A stretch of 32,000 nucleotides of DNA, taken from positions 3,090,001-3,122,000 of the forward strand of contig NZ_CP147990.1 in assembly GCF_037902255.1 (NCBI RefSeq), read 5' to 3'. This document shows, piece after piece, positions 16,128 through 25,800 of this stretch (the first letter of the stretch is position 1; every line of letters starts with the position of its first letter). The notes under the pieces are model-generated. The model was not told the origin of the DNA, ran no database searches, and saw only the letters and a list, made by a program, of their open reading frames with translations. Both the position numbers and the translations under genes were made by a program. This DNA is from Candidatus Electrothrix sp. GW3-4 (GTDB lineage Bacteria; Desulfobacterota; Desulfobulbia; Desulfobulbales; Desulfobulbaceae).

Positions 16128-16472
16128 TTATTGATTATCCCAAGTTCCCTCTTCTGTGACGACCTCCATATCAACGGTTGTATCATAATAGGTATAGCCA
16201 AAGAGAGTGGCAGCACCATAATATGTATAGTCAATTTTCACTTTCCTGCTCCCAAGTACCTCAAAAGAAAAGTTTGTTGGCAATCCCATGGTCTCCAAAT
16301 TTTCTTCCACATATTTTTTAACAAGGTCAGGACGTTGATATCTCTTTATTGAGTTAGCCTGCTCTTGCAGCATGTAGCCCGTTTTCTTTTTCTCCAGCAT
16401 GATGGTGCCGATCTGCCAGGATGGCACTCCAATGACCGCCACAATTACAATCCAGATGATATTTTTAACCAT
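16128..16472 (-). CDS. Small membrane-anchored protein, unknown function
   Basis: The ATG at 16472 is preceded by GGGGGAG 6 nt upstream. The ORF-track start at 16487 is a TTG lying inside that Shine-Dalgarno. The N-terminal TM helix is NIIWIVIVAVIGV. Confidence 0.6.
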   Translation of the reverse strand: MVKNIIWIVIVAVIGVPSWQIGTIMLEKKKTGYMLQEQANSIKRYQRPDLVKKYVEENLETMGLPTNFSFEVLGSRKVKIDYTYYGAATLFGYTYYDTTVDMEVVTEEGTWDNQ

Positions 16473-16658
16473 TTCTTTCTCCCCCAAAAAAGCTGACCAG
16501 ATCCAACAGATACCGCCTGCTTTTCTTTAAAAATTTCCTTAATGATATACATCCATACCGCCCCCCCCCTTGGGGGTGGAGCAACAAAGCATAAAGGTGA
16601 AGCGGTGGTTTGAGGTCTCACCGTCCCCTTTCATATATCTCATTGAGCAACAACTGCT

Positions 16659-16686
16659 ATGTGTTGCATAAAATGTGTTGCATAAA
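16659..16686. repeat. Perfect 14-bp tandem direct repeat ATGTGTTGCATAAA x2
   Basis: Read directly (16659-16672 and 16673-16686). It abuts the clpA terminator and lies upstream of the small membrane protein gene, in minus-strand sense. Confidence 0.9.
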
Positions 16687-16712
16687 AAACCCCTCGTCCA
16701 GAAGGGCGAGGG
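16683..16712 (-). terminator. Rho-independent terminator of clpA
   Basis: On the minus strand, just after the clpA TAA, the sequence reads CCCTCGCCC-TTCT-GGACGAGGG. That is a 9-bp stem with one G-U pair and a 4-nt loop. The next bases are G and then TTTTTTAT. Confidence 0.8.
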
Positions 16713-16719
16713 ATACAAA

Positions 16720-18990
16720 TTACTCAGGATAAGAAAACGTCATATTGCCCCTACGCCGCCCAATCCGAACCTTCCCTCCTTTGCTCAGTTTACCAAACAA
16801 AATCTCTTCCGTCAGCACGTCTCCGATTTCTTTCATAATCAAACGACGGAGAGGACGGGCACCGTAGGCAGGATCATATCCCTCTTCTGCCAGACCACGT
16901 CGTGCCGCTGGAGTTAACGAGATCTCGACATTTTTATCTGCCAGCTGCCTCTGAAGTTCAATCATCATCTTGTCAACAATCCGCTCAACCGCATCCATCT
17001 CTAAGGCATGGAAGGTGATTGCACTATCGAGCCTGTTGCGGAATTCCGGGGTAAAGAGCGTTTTCAGGGCCTTCTGCTCCTTCCCTTTCGAATCGCCGAT
17101 AAAGCCAATGGTTCGCTCGGTCATCTCCCGGGCACCAGCATTGGTGGTCATAATCAGAATGACATTCCGAAAATCAGCTCGTCGACCACTGTTATCCGTC
17201 AGGGTAGAATGATCCATCACCTGGAGAAGGATGGAAAAGACATCTGGATGGGCCTTCTCGATTTCATCCAAGAGGAGCACCGTATGCGGATGCTTTCGGA
17301 TGGCATCCGTCAAGAGGCCACCCTGTTCAAAACCGACATAGCCTGGAGGGGCCCCGATAAGACGAGCCACAGCATGTTTTTCCATGTATTCACTCATATC
17401 AAAGCGCTCAAAATGAATGGACATGGCCTGGGCCAACTGTCTTGCCACCTCGGTTTTCCCTACACCGGTAGGCCCGGCAAAAAGGAAACATCCTGTGGGT
17501 GAGAGAGGATTGCCCAGACCGGCTTTGGAGCGTTTTACCGCTCGTACCACCTCAACCACAGCCTCATCCTGACCAAAGATAACAGACTCCAATTCATCTT
17601 CCAAATGGCGCAGGCCTTCGCTCTCATCGTTATTTGCAGAAACCACAGGAACTCTTGCCATCTTAGAGACGATTCTCTCTACATCCTCAACCGTTACGAC
17701 CTCGCCATCCTTACCAGCCAGCCGCAGCGAGGCCCCGACCTCGTCCATAACATCAATGGCCTTATCCGGGAGGAAACGATCATTGATATAGCGCTCTGCC
17801 AACTCCGCTGTGGTCTCAATAGCCTCAGGTGAGTAGGTGAGATGATGATGCTTCTCGTAACGAGACTGCAAACCCTTTAGGATCTCACAGGTATCCTCAA
17901 CAGAGGGCTCCTCAATATCAATCTTCTGGAACCGACGGGAGAGAGCCCGATCTTTTTCAATATAGCTCTTATGCTCTTCGTAGGTTGTTGAGCCGATACA
18001 GCGAATGGTTCCGGCCTGTAAAGCAGGCTTAAGGAGGTTAGAGGCGTCCATAGACCCTCCGCTGGTGGCACCTGCCCCAACAATGGTATGCATCTCATCA
18101 ATAAAGAGGATGGCATTGTCCTTCTGTTCCACAGCCGCGACCACAGCCTTCAACCTTTTTTCAAAATCTCCCCGATACTTGGTGCCAGCAACAAGAGCCC
18201 CCATATCCAACATATAGATAGTCGTGTCACGCAGCAGATCCGGGACCAATTTCCCAGGGTCTGGGACCTCCTCCTTCCGGGCAACGCCGTCCTCATAAAT
18301 ACGAAGGGCCAGCCCCTCTGCAATAGCGGTTTTGCCCACCCCTGGTTCACCAACCAACAGTGGGTTATTTTTTCGCCGACGACAGAGGACCTGCATCATC
18401 CGTTCAAGCTCACGGCTCCGTCCAATCAAAGGGTCAATACGCTCCTGCTCGGCTAGTTCTGCGAAATTAACCGTAAACTGTTCCAGGACGTCTTCCTTGC
18501 CCTTTTGCTTTTTATTATCCGAAGAAGAAGTCCCTGGCTGAGGAGCAGGTTTTTTCTGGAGATTTTCCGGAATATTATGAGAAATATATTCCACGACCTC
18601 CAGCCTTCCCACCCCTTCACTGCCGAGAAAATACACTGCATGAGAATCCGGTTCCGCAAAGATAGAAACCAACACATCACCGGTATCCACCTCTTTTTTC
18701 CCGCAACTCTGCACGTGATTGACAGCTCGCTGCAACACCCGGTTAAAGGCAACCGTCTGCGCGGGTTCGTCCTTCCCAGCACCCAATAAGGGCACCCCCC
18801 CAGCAAGAAACTCTTTCAGTCTCTCCCTGATTGAATTATTATCGCCGCCGCATTTATTGATAATATGGGCAGCAAGATCATCATGCAAAAGCCCCCAAAG
18901 CATGTGTTCAACTGTCACATACTCGTGTTTTTTTGCTTTAGCCTCTTTAATGGCCTTTATCAAGGCCAATTCCAATTCTCGACTCAACAT
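16720..18990 (-). CDS. clpA: ATP-dependent Clp protease ATP-binding subunit ClpA
   Basis: Clp N-domain ([13 protein letters not shown]...), two AAA+ modules ([15 protein letters not shown] and [17 protein letters not shown]), and the motifs RGDFE and GARPLRR. Confidence 0.95.
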   Translation of the reverse strand: MLSRELELALIKAIKEAKAKKHEYVTVEHMLWGLLHDDLAAHIINKCGGDNNSIRERLKEFLAGGVPLLGAGKDEPAQTVAFNRVLQRAVNHVQSCGKKEVDTGDVLVSIFAEPDSHAVYFLGSEGVGRLEVVEYISHNIPENLQKKPAPQPGTSSSDNKKQKGKEDVLEQFTVNFAELAEQERIDPLIGRSRELERMMQVLCRRRKNNPLLVGEPGVGKTAIAEGLALRIYEDGVARKEEVPDPGKLVPDLLRDTTIYMLDMGALVAGTKYRGDFEKRLKAVVAAVEQKDNAILFIDEMHTIVGAGATSGGSMDASNLLKPALQAGTIRCIGSTTYEEHKSYIEKDRALSRRFQKIDIEEPSVEDTCEILKGLQSRYEKHHHLTYSPEAIETTAELAERYINDRFLPDKAIDVMDEVGASLRLAGKDGEVVTVEDVERIVSKMARVPVVSANNDESEGLRHLEDELESVIFGQDEAVVEVVRAVKRSKAGLGNPLSPTGCFLFAGPTGVGKTEVARQLAQAMSIHFERFDMSEYMEKHAVARLIGAPPGYVGFEQGGLLTDAIRKHPHTVLLLDEIEKAHPDVFSILLQVMDHSTLTDNSGRRADFRNVILIMTTNAGAREMTERTIGFIGDSKGKEQKALKTLFTPEFRNRLDSAITFHALEMDAVERIVDKMMIELQRQLADKNVEISLTPAARRGLAEEGYDPAYGARPLRRLIMKEIGDVLTEEILFGKLSKGGKVRIGRRRGNMTFSYPE

Positions 18991-19036
18991 AGCAGTATTA
19001 TAGCTAAAAAATGGCGTATCAATGCCGAAAGGTCAG

Positions 19037-19351
19037 TTATGCCTTTTCCAACGAGCATTTCAACGGAAATTGATTTTTGCGGGCTGCCTGATGCACTTCC
19101 GACACCTTGCTCTCTCCGATTTCACGGGAATAAATACCGGCTACCCCCATCCCCTGATGGTGAACGTTCAGCATAATCGTCGTCGCCTCCGAGGTGTCCT
19201 TGCCAAAAATAGTTTCCAGCACCATAATCACAAATTCCATGGTAGTATAATCGTCATTATGGAGAAGCACCTTGTACTGGGGAGGTTCCTGAAGATCTTT
19301 TTTATCCTTAGTCAGTATTTCTTCCCTATGTCCTGAATCTGTTTTTCCCAT
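19037..19351 (-). CDS. clpS: ATP-dependent Clp protease adaptor ClpS
   Basis: PPQYKVLLHNDDYTTMEFVIMVLETIF...ATTIMLNVHHQGMGVAG is the canonical ClpS core. The gene lies 46 nt upstream of clpA. Confidence 0.95.
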   Translation of the reverse strand: MGKTDSGHREEILTKDKKDLQEPPQYKVLLHNDDYTTMEFVIMVLETIFGKDTSEATTIMLNVHHQGMGVAGIYSREIGESKVSEVHQAARKNQFPLKCSLEKA

Positions 19352-19358
19352 CTTCTTG

Positions 19359-19388
19359 ATTATATGCTGTTAAAATATAAAATGTCAA
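19359..19388 (-). promoter_or_regulatory. Consensus sigma70 promoter directly abutting the clpS start codon
   Basis: On the minus strand: TTGACA (19388-19383), an 18-nt spacer, then TATAAT (19364-19359). The -10 element ends 7 nt before the clpS ATG at 19351. Confidence 0.5.
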
Positions 19389-19495
19389 TCTTTCGCCTTC
19401 CATTCTTCAGCATACTCATGCTTATCGGAACAGTGTAAAACGCGCCGATCTGTCTAGCGTTATTCATAAAGATTTTCCTCTCTGTATTGTAATGC

Positions 19496-20893
19496 TCAGG
19501 AATGATTTTGCAAGCTTACTTTCTCGCCCCTGGTCATCATAGAGAGGAGCAAATGCTGAAGAACCGTCTCCGTATCTACCGAAGATCCTTTCAAACGCAT
19601 ATCAGCTCTAAGGATATCGCGCAACCACGCACGAAGAAGTGTTATGGAAAAACCAGCAGCCGTCTTAAATCGCATGTACAGGGCAAAGGGATGGCCAGAG
19701 AGCTCCGTCTTCCAACGCTCATTTTGCTTTAACACAGGAAGACATTGCTCCTGAAAGACCTTTGCAGAAAGGCCAGGCCGAAAATTATACTGATCCTGTT
19801 CCAGGAGGACTCGAAAAAGCAGCAGGGTTCGGGTAAAATTCCGCAACGTTGCCAGAATGGCCAAGGCATGGATACCATTTTCCTGAAGACGTGAGGCGAT
19901 AAGCAGGGCCTGATCTATCTTTTGGTCACTGATCGCCTGGGTCAACTCAAAGACAGCTTCTTGCCGAGTACGACCGACCATCCGATCAAGATCCTCTCCG
20001 GTAATCTGCCGGGCCTCGCCCACGGACAAGGCCAACTTTTCTGTTTCCATCACTGCGGCAACCGGATGAAACCCTACCCGTTCGAGCAATTGCTCCATAA
20101 CGCCTGCCGCCATGCTTTTCTTCATCTCGTGCAGCACTGCATTGACCTGTTCGTGAAGGACCGCCTGCTGTGCCTTCTTGGCCTGCGCACTTGCCCCTGT
20201 GTCTACATGGAGGTTAATGACCGCATACCTTTCCTTGAAGGCCTTATACAGCTTTTTTCGTTTATCCACCTCCTCAGCCAGCAGTATCAGAATATTCTCC
20301 TGCGGCAGCCCGCCATCAAGGGCTGCCAATACCATTTCGCCAGCGGTCTGGGAAGATTGAAGCGAACCTGCTCCTGTTTCCACTGTATCAGAATACCTTT
20401 TAAGGAGTTCTCTTGTCCAGCCCAACTTCCCTTCCGGCTTGGTAAATCCAAAACATTTTTTCCATTGGGCAGCACTCAGGTCTCCAGGGTCGTTTGCCGA
20501 ATCACTGCTCTCCAGACCTCCTGCCGCCATCATCGCCTGGAGATACCTAACGGCCTTTTCTGGCTTATTGTCTTCATGGGCCTGAACAGCTCGCTTCCAT
20601 ATCCCCTTGGCGACATTCTTCGAGTGAAACAGCCTTGTATTATTGACCCTAAAGACCTGCCTGCCGCCCAGCAAACTGAAACTACGGAGCTTGGAGAGTG
20701 TGAGGTTATGATCCTCGGCATCGCCATCAATGGCATGCACAGTCCCGCCATCAACGCAGAGGAGCTTCGCAACCTGATCCGCAGCCTGTTGACAGAGGTA
20801 GCGTTCTCCGACAAACAGATACGCAGCAAAAAGCTTGCCTGCTTTGATCTCCTGAAAAAGGGGGTTAAGCTTATTTCTTTCGTAAACGGGCAT
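19496..20893 (-). CDS. holA: DNA polymerase III delta subunit (HolA), unusually long (465 aa)
   Basis: Collinear by eye with E. coli HolA: YLFVGERYLCQQAADQV, FSLLGGRQVFRV, NILILLAEEVDKRKKLYK and VFELTQAISDQKIDQALLIASRLQENGIHALAILATLRNFTRTLLLF. Confidence 0.7.
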   Translation of the reverse strand: MPVYERNKLNPLFQEIKAGKLFAAYLFVGERYLCQQAADQVAKLLCVDGGTVHAIDGDAEDHNLTLSKLRSFSLLGGRQVFRVNNTRLFHSKNVAKGIWKRAVQAHEDNKPEKAVRYLQAMMAAGGLESSDSANDPGDLSAAQWKKCFGFTKPEGKLGWTRELLKRYSDTVETGAGSLQSSQTAGEMVLAALDGGLPQENILILLAEEVDKRKKLYKAFKERYAVINLHVDTGASAQAKKAQQAVLHEQVNAVLHEMKKSMAAGVMEQLLERVGFHPVAAVMETEKLALSVGEARQITGEDLDRMVGRTRQEAVFELTQAISDQKIDQALLIASRLQENGIHALAILATLRNFTRTLLLFRVLLEQDQYNFRPGLSAKVFQEQCLPVLKQNERWKTELSGHPFALYMRFKTAAGFSITLLRAWLRDILRADMRLKGSSVDTETVLQHLLLSMMTRGEKVSLQNHS

Positions 20894-21262
20894 AGTTATA
20901 ACAATATGTAATATCTATTAAGTAAAAGAGACAGAGACAAGAGTCATCATCTCTCTCTCCTGACAACAACACAGGGTAGGATGCAGAGCAAAAATTTCGC
21001 CCCATAGATAACTGTAGAACAATTCTTACTTATATCCTTTCCAGACCGGAAGAACAAAAAATTTCTTCTGGGAAATTCCTTTGTTGTCGAGTATCATAAA
21101 TCATTTTTTGCATTTGAAAATTTTTTTATTGTCTCAGAACAAGCTCCCCGAAGCTTTATAAAAAAATGCTTTCCGTGCATACCACCATCAAGATACTGCA
21201 CGGCTGCTGAAAAAAAAAAGCTGCCGTCTGGAGAATAACAGCTCCCTGATAGCACACGCAAT

Positions 21263-22762
21263 ATGTATACAGACATTGTGATCAACGCCACGCCTTACGA
21301 GAACCGGATCGCGGTGGTGGAACGCGGCAACCTGCTTGAGTTCCATCTCGAACGGCCAACAGAAAAGGGCTTGGTGGGCAATATCTACCAGGGCAAGGTT
21401 GTTCGGGTACTGCCAGGTATGCAAGCGGCATTTATCGATATCGGTCTTGACCGCACGGGCTTCCTTTATGTTGATGATATTGATACATCGATGTCAATGT
21501 CACAACTCTCACAGCAGGAAGCGGGCCTTTCTCCTGTCGCAAAAAACGGGGCAACTAATCTGGCGATAGAGGAGCTGGTTAAGGAAGGGCAGACTATTTT
21601 GGTACAGATTGCCAAAGAGCCCATCGGTTCCAAAGGGGCCCGGCTCACCTGCCACATTACCCTGCCCTGCCGGAACCTGGTTTTTATGCCCCTCACCGAT
21701 CATATCGGGATTTCTCGCAAGATAGAGGACGAAGATGTTCGGGAGGGGCTGCGGGAAAAGATTGAACAGCTACGTCCTGAGGGCACCGGTTTCATTGTCC
21801 GTACGGTTGCAGAGAACGTTACAACAGCCGAGATTGAAGCAGATATGGAATTCCTCCTGCTGCTTTGGGATGACATCCGATCCCATGCGCAGCGGGCAAC
21901 GGCCCCCAGCCTGATCTATCAAGATCTGGACCTGGTCCTGAGAGCGGTTCGGGACCTTTTCACGGACAGCGTCAATGAGCTTGTTGTCGATTCCAAGAGT
22001 ATGCACGAACGACTTCTTAATTTTGTGGTTACCTTTGCCCCGAAATTAAAAAACAGAATCGTCTACTATGACAGCGAAGTGCCCATCTTCGATGCCTATG
22101 GCATTGAGGTGGACGTTGCCCGGGCCATTGACAAAAAAGTTTGGTTGCGTTCTGGAGGATATCTTATTATTGAAACCACAGAGGCCTTAACTGTGGTTGA
22201 TGTGAATACCGGGCGCTATGTGGGCAAAGATGACCTGAATAAGACTATTTTCACAACCAATATGGAGGCGGTAGAGGAGATTGCCTACCAACTCAGACTC
22301 CGCAACATCGGAGGAATCATTATTATTGATTTCATCGACATGGAAATCGAACAACATCGGGAAGAACTCTATAATGCCTTTCAGGAAGCCATGCGCAAGG
22401 ATAAAAACCGGGTTAATATCCTCAAGGTCTCCGAGTTTGGTCTGGTCCAGATGACTCGAAAACGTTCCAGTGAAAGCCTCTCCCAACTGATGTGCGAGCC
22501 CTGCTTTTATTGTGGTGGAGATGGTATTATCAAATCGCGGCAAACCATCTGTTATGAAATCTTTCGCAAGATATACCGGGAAAACCGCAAAGGCAACGGA
22601 AAAAGGATAACTCTCAAGGTGCATCCACATATCGCCAATACCCTGTCTCAGGACGAAGCGCATCATCTCCGCCACCTCGAAAAAACCACTGGTAAAGAAA
22701 TCACCGTGTCCCCGGCGTATGATCTTCATGTGCAACGCTATGAAGTTATCTGGGACAAATAG
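21263..22762 (+). CDS. rng: Ribonuclease G (RNase E/G family)
   Basis: S1 domain GNIYQGKVVRVLPGMQAAFIDIG, plus TVVDVNTGRYVG, IIIIDFIDM and LVQMTRKR. The size (499 aa) fits Rng. Confidence 0.9.
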   Translation: MYTDIVINATPYENRIAVVERGNLLEFHLERPTEKGLVGNIYQGKVVRVLPGMQAAFIDIGLDRTGFLYVDDIDTSMSMSQLSQQEAGLSPVAKNGATNLAIEELVKEGQTILVQIAKEPIGSKGARLTCHITLPCRNLVFMPLTDHIGISRKIEDEDVREGLREKIEQLRPEGTGFIVRTVAENVTTAEIEADMEFLLLLWDDIRSHAQRATAPSLIYQDLDLVLRAVRDLFTDSVNELVVDSKSMHERLLNFVVTFAPKLKNRIVYYDSEVPIFDAYGIEVDVARAIDKKVWLRSGGYLIIETTEALTVVDVNTGRYVGKDDLNKTIFTTNMEAVEEIAYQLRLRNIGGIIIIDFIDMEIEQHREELYNAFQEAMRKDKNRVNILKVSEFGLVQMTRKRSSESLSQLMCEPCFYCGGDGIIKSRQTICYEIFRKIYRENRKGNGKRITLKVHPHIANTLSQDEAHHLRHLEKTTGKEITVSPAYDLHVQRYEVIWDK

Positions 22763-22816
22763 CCTTTTGCAGGAAGAAGAGACAACACATAATCATCCAT
22801 CAACTTACCTCTTACC

Positions 22817-24202
22817 ATGAGCTCGAAAAACAGACGCAGAATAGGTCGTTCCTCCCGTTCACGCCAAAAAGGCCTGGGCCGCAACATCCTCATAGCCCTT
22901 GTCCTGCTTCTCGTTTGTGCTGGCGCTGCGGCTGGCTTTATCCTTTTTGAAACAGAAAAGCCACAGGTCACGCTAAACAAAGATCTTCTCTTTCTCGGAA
23001 GCCCGCTGGAGATACAACTTCAGGCAACAGACCACAAAAGTGGCATTCAGCAGGTCTCTCTTGTCCTCCAGCAAGACGAAAAAAAAATTCAGCTCTTCAA
23101 AAAGAGCTTTCCCCGCCAGGCCTGGCTCTCAAAGGCCGGACCTGGTGAGCTGCTGGAGACCCTTACCCTGGATGTTCAGCAGGCTGGAGCAAAAGAAGGT
23201 GAGGCAAAGCTCATCGTTACTGTTCATGATTTTTCCCTGAACGGTGAATTGCAAGGGAACGTGACAACCCATGCCTTTCCTGTCACTATCGATACCAGGG
23301 CGCCACGAGTCCATATTGAACATGCCCAGCAGTATATGACCCCAGGTGGAAGCGGCATTGTTGTCTATAACCTGTCTGAGCCCTCAGAGCAACACGGGGC
23401 CATGCTTGACGAAAATTTTTTTCAGGGATATCCCCTGCAAGGGAGTAAAAAAAGATTTATCGCCTACATTGCTCTGCCCTGGAACAGCGACAAGCCAGAG
23501 CAGATGCGGGTTGTTGCTGTGGATCAGGCTGGCAATGAGGGCAGCAGTACCTTTTCTATCCGATTTAAACCGGCAAAGGAAAAGAAAGACCGGATTAACG
23601 TCTCTGACGGTTTTCTCAACAAGAAAATCCCTGAATTTGAAGAAAGTTACCCAGAGCTCACCGGAACAAATCTGGAGAAGTACCTCTTTGTCAACCAGAC
23701 CATCCGTGTTCGTAATGCGGAACGAATAGCCGCTCTCTGCCGAAATACGGTAAGTGAGCAGTTATGGCAGGATCGTTTCCTTCGGATGCCAGGCGCAGGC
23801 CGGGCCGGTTTTGCCGACCAACGCACCTATTACTACCAGGGCGAACCGATCGATCACCAGACCCATCTTGGAATGGACATAGCTTCAACAGCTCGGGTTG
23901 CCGTTGAAGCAGCAAACCATGGCAAGGTGATCTTTGCTGATTACCTTGGTATCTATGGGAATATGGTCATCATTGATCACGGCCAAGGGTTAGCCAGCCT
24001 CTATTCCCACCTCAGCCGTATTGCTGTCGAACCAGGACAAATGGTGGACAAAGGTGGGGTCATCGGTAATTCCGGGACCACAGGCATGGCCGGAGGAGAC
24101 CATCTTCACTTCTCTATGCTGGTGCATGGTATCTTTGTCACGCCGGTTGAGTGGTGGGATCAACACTGGATTGATGTTAATATTAACAACATTATCCAAT
24201 AA
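22817..24202 (+). CDS. Membrane-anchored M23 family metallopeptidase
   Basis: N-terminal anchor ILIALVLLLVCAGAAAGFILF. The M23 motifs are HLGMDIA, GNMVIIDHG and GNSGTTGMAGGDHLHFSMLVHG. Confidence 0.9.
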   Translation: MSSKNRRRIGRSSRSRQKGLGRNILIALVLLLVCAGAAAGFILFETEKPQVTLNKDLLFLGSPLEIQLQATDHKSGIQQVSLVLQQDEKKIQLFKKSFPRQAWLSKAGPGELLETLTLDVQQAGAKEGEAKLIVTVHDFSLNGELQGNVTTHAFPVTIDTRAPRVHIEHAQQYMTPGGSGIVVYNLSEPSEQHGAMLDENFFQGYPLQGSKKRFIAYIALPWNSDKPEQMRVVAVDQAGNEGSSTFSIRFKPAKEKKDRINVSDGFLNKKIPEFEESYPELTGTNLEKYLFVNQTIRVRNAERIAALCRNTVSEQLWQDRFLRMPGAGRAGFADQRTYYYQGEPIDHQTHLGMDIASTARVAVEAANHGKVIFADYLGIYGNMVIIDHGQGLASLYSHLSRIAVEPGQMVDKGGVIGNSGTTGMAGGDHLHFSMLVHGIFVTPVEWWDQHWIDVNINNIIQ

Positions 24203-24348
24203 GCTGCCTCGTCCCAGGGACAGAGGATTGAAGGGCAGAGGATAGGCCCTGAAACGCCTTCAAGAGGAGAGCTCTTCCCCATGGCCTCGCAAATGAAGAA
24301 CCCAGAAACAAGCACATCCCCTCTCAAGGGTATCTAATAGCACAAACT

Positions 24349-25800
24349 ATGCAGCGCAAAGGCATCCCACTCCTCTTGTACAGCTACCTGGCAACTGAAC
24401 TGCTTGCTCCGTTTTTTGCCAGCTTTCTTATCCTGTACGGGGTTTTTTTCCTGATCCGACTCATCCCGCTCCTGGAAATCGTCCTTGAACTCGGAATAAA
24501 CCTCCCTGATTTCATCCGCCTTTTCTCCTATATTTTCCCCCACATGCTGCTCTATGTTATTCCTATGGCCAGCATGGCCGGGGTAATTATAGGTTTTACC
24601 CGCTTAACCAACGAACGGGAGATTCTCGCCCTCAAGGCCTGTGGTATCAGCCTACGGCAAATGCTGCCCCCGGTCATTATGGTCTCCACAGTCATTGCCG
24701 CCCTGACTGGCTATTTCTCGGTCCACCTGATACCCGCTGGTCAAATCGCCATGCATCAGCTCATGTTCCAATTGGCTAAGGAGAAAATAGACAGCGGGAT
24801 TAAGGAGAAAAAATTCACCGAGGCCCTTGGCGATCTGGTCGTTTATGTCGATGATATTGACGAAAACGAACACTGGAACGGGGTCTATATTTCGGATATG
24901 CGGGGTCGTGAGCAGCCGATCATCATCATGGCAAAAAAGGGGCGCATGAAGGCAGATATCAATACGATGTCCGTCACAATTATATTGGATAACGGCACCC
25001 TCCATAATACTGACGGGTTGGATAGCCAGATTGTTCGCTTCAAACGGTACCAGCTCCATATACCCCTCAAGCCCCCCACCCGCATTGACGGAGATGACGT
25101 CACCAAGTTGAGCCGAGGGAGTATGTCCCAGCAACAGCTCATTGTCGCTGCTCAGAAATACGGTGTTGACTCTCAGGCAGGCGTCAATTATCTCACAGAA
25201 TACCATCATCGCTTGGCCCTGCCAGTAGGTTGCCTGATTCTCAGTCTGCTGGGCTTGCCTTTGGGCCTGCAGGCCGGACCAGGCCGTAAGGCGGTCGGCA
25301 TCCCTCTTGGATTGGGATTTTTTGTCCTCTATTATATTGTTTTTACCCTCTTCAGAGTCATGGCAGAGGATATGGCCTTGCCTCTCCTTGCAGGCATGTG
25401 GCTACCCAATATCATCTTCACCATCACCACCGGAATTATTTTCTGGCGAGTTGAGCAGGAGAAACCTATCTTCTCTGAACGCCTGACCTTCTGGCTTGAG
25501 TCCGTTATTGACGCCCTCTTCCTCATCCCGCTCAAACGGTTTTTCAACCTGTTCGGCCAGCTCTTGAGCATGAGCAAAAAACAACGACGAAGTACGAAGA
25601 AAAAAGAGGAACCCGCCTGGGAGGGGATGCTTGTGCATGCCGATGCAAAAAAAAGGATCTTTCACCTACCTAGCTGCGAGCAATATCATTGTGAGGACTG
25701 TACCCTTCAGTTCAACAGCATTTTTGTTGCCTATGAAGCCGGATTTGAGCCCTGTCCGTACTGCGAGAAACAGGTTGAAAAATACCCCAAGAACTCATAA
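24349..25800 (+). CDS. LptF/LptG (YjgP/YjgQ) family permease with a Cys-rich C-terminal extension
   Basis: The N-terminus LLLYSYLATELLAPFFASFLILYGVFFL and ILALKACGIS are typical of the family, and a central periplasmic domain is present. The extra tail is FHLPSCEQYHCEDCTLQFNSIFVAYEAGFEPCPYCEK. Confidence 0.85.
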   Translation: MQRKGIPLLLYSYLATELLAPFFASFLILYGVFFLIRLIPLLEIVLELGINLPDFIRLFSYIFPHMLLYVIPMASMAGVIIGFTRLTNEREILALKACGISLRQMLPPVIMVSTVIAALTGYFSVHLIPAGQIAMHQLMFQLAKEKIDSGIKEKKFTEALGDLVVYVDDIDENEHWNGVYISDMRGREQPIIIMAKKGRMKADINTMSVTIILDNGTLHNTDGLDSQIVRFKRYQLHIPLKPPTRIDGDDVTKLSRGSMSQQQLIVAAQKYGVDSQAGVNYLTEYHHRLALPVGCLILSLLGLPLGLQAGPGRKAVGIPLGLGFFVLYYIVFTLFRVMAEDMALPLLAGMWLPNIIFTITTGIIFWRVEQEKPIFSERLTFWLESVIDALFLIPLKRFFNLFGQLLSMSKKQRRSTKKKEEPAWEGMLVHADAKKRIFHLPSCEQYHCEDCTLQFNSIFVAYEAGFEPCPYCEKQVEKYPKNS

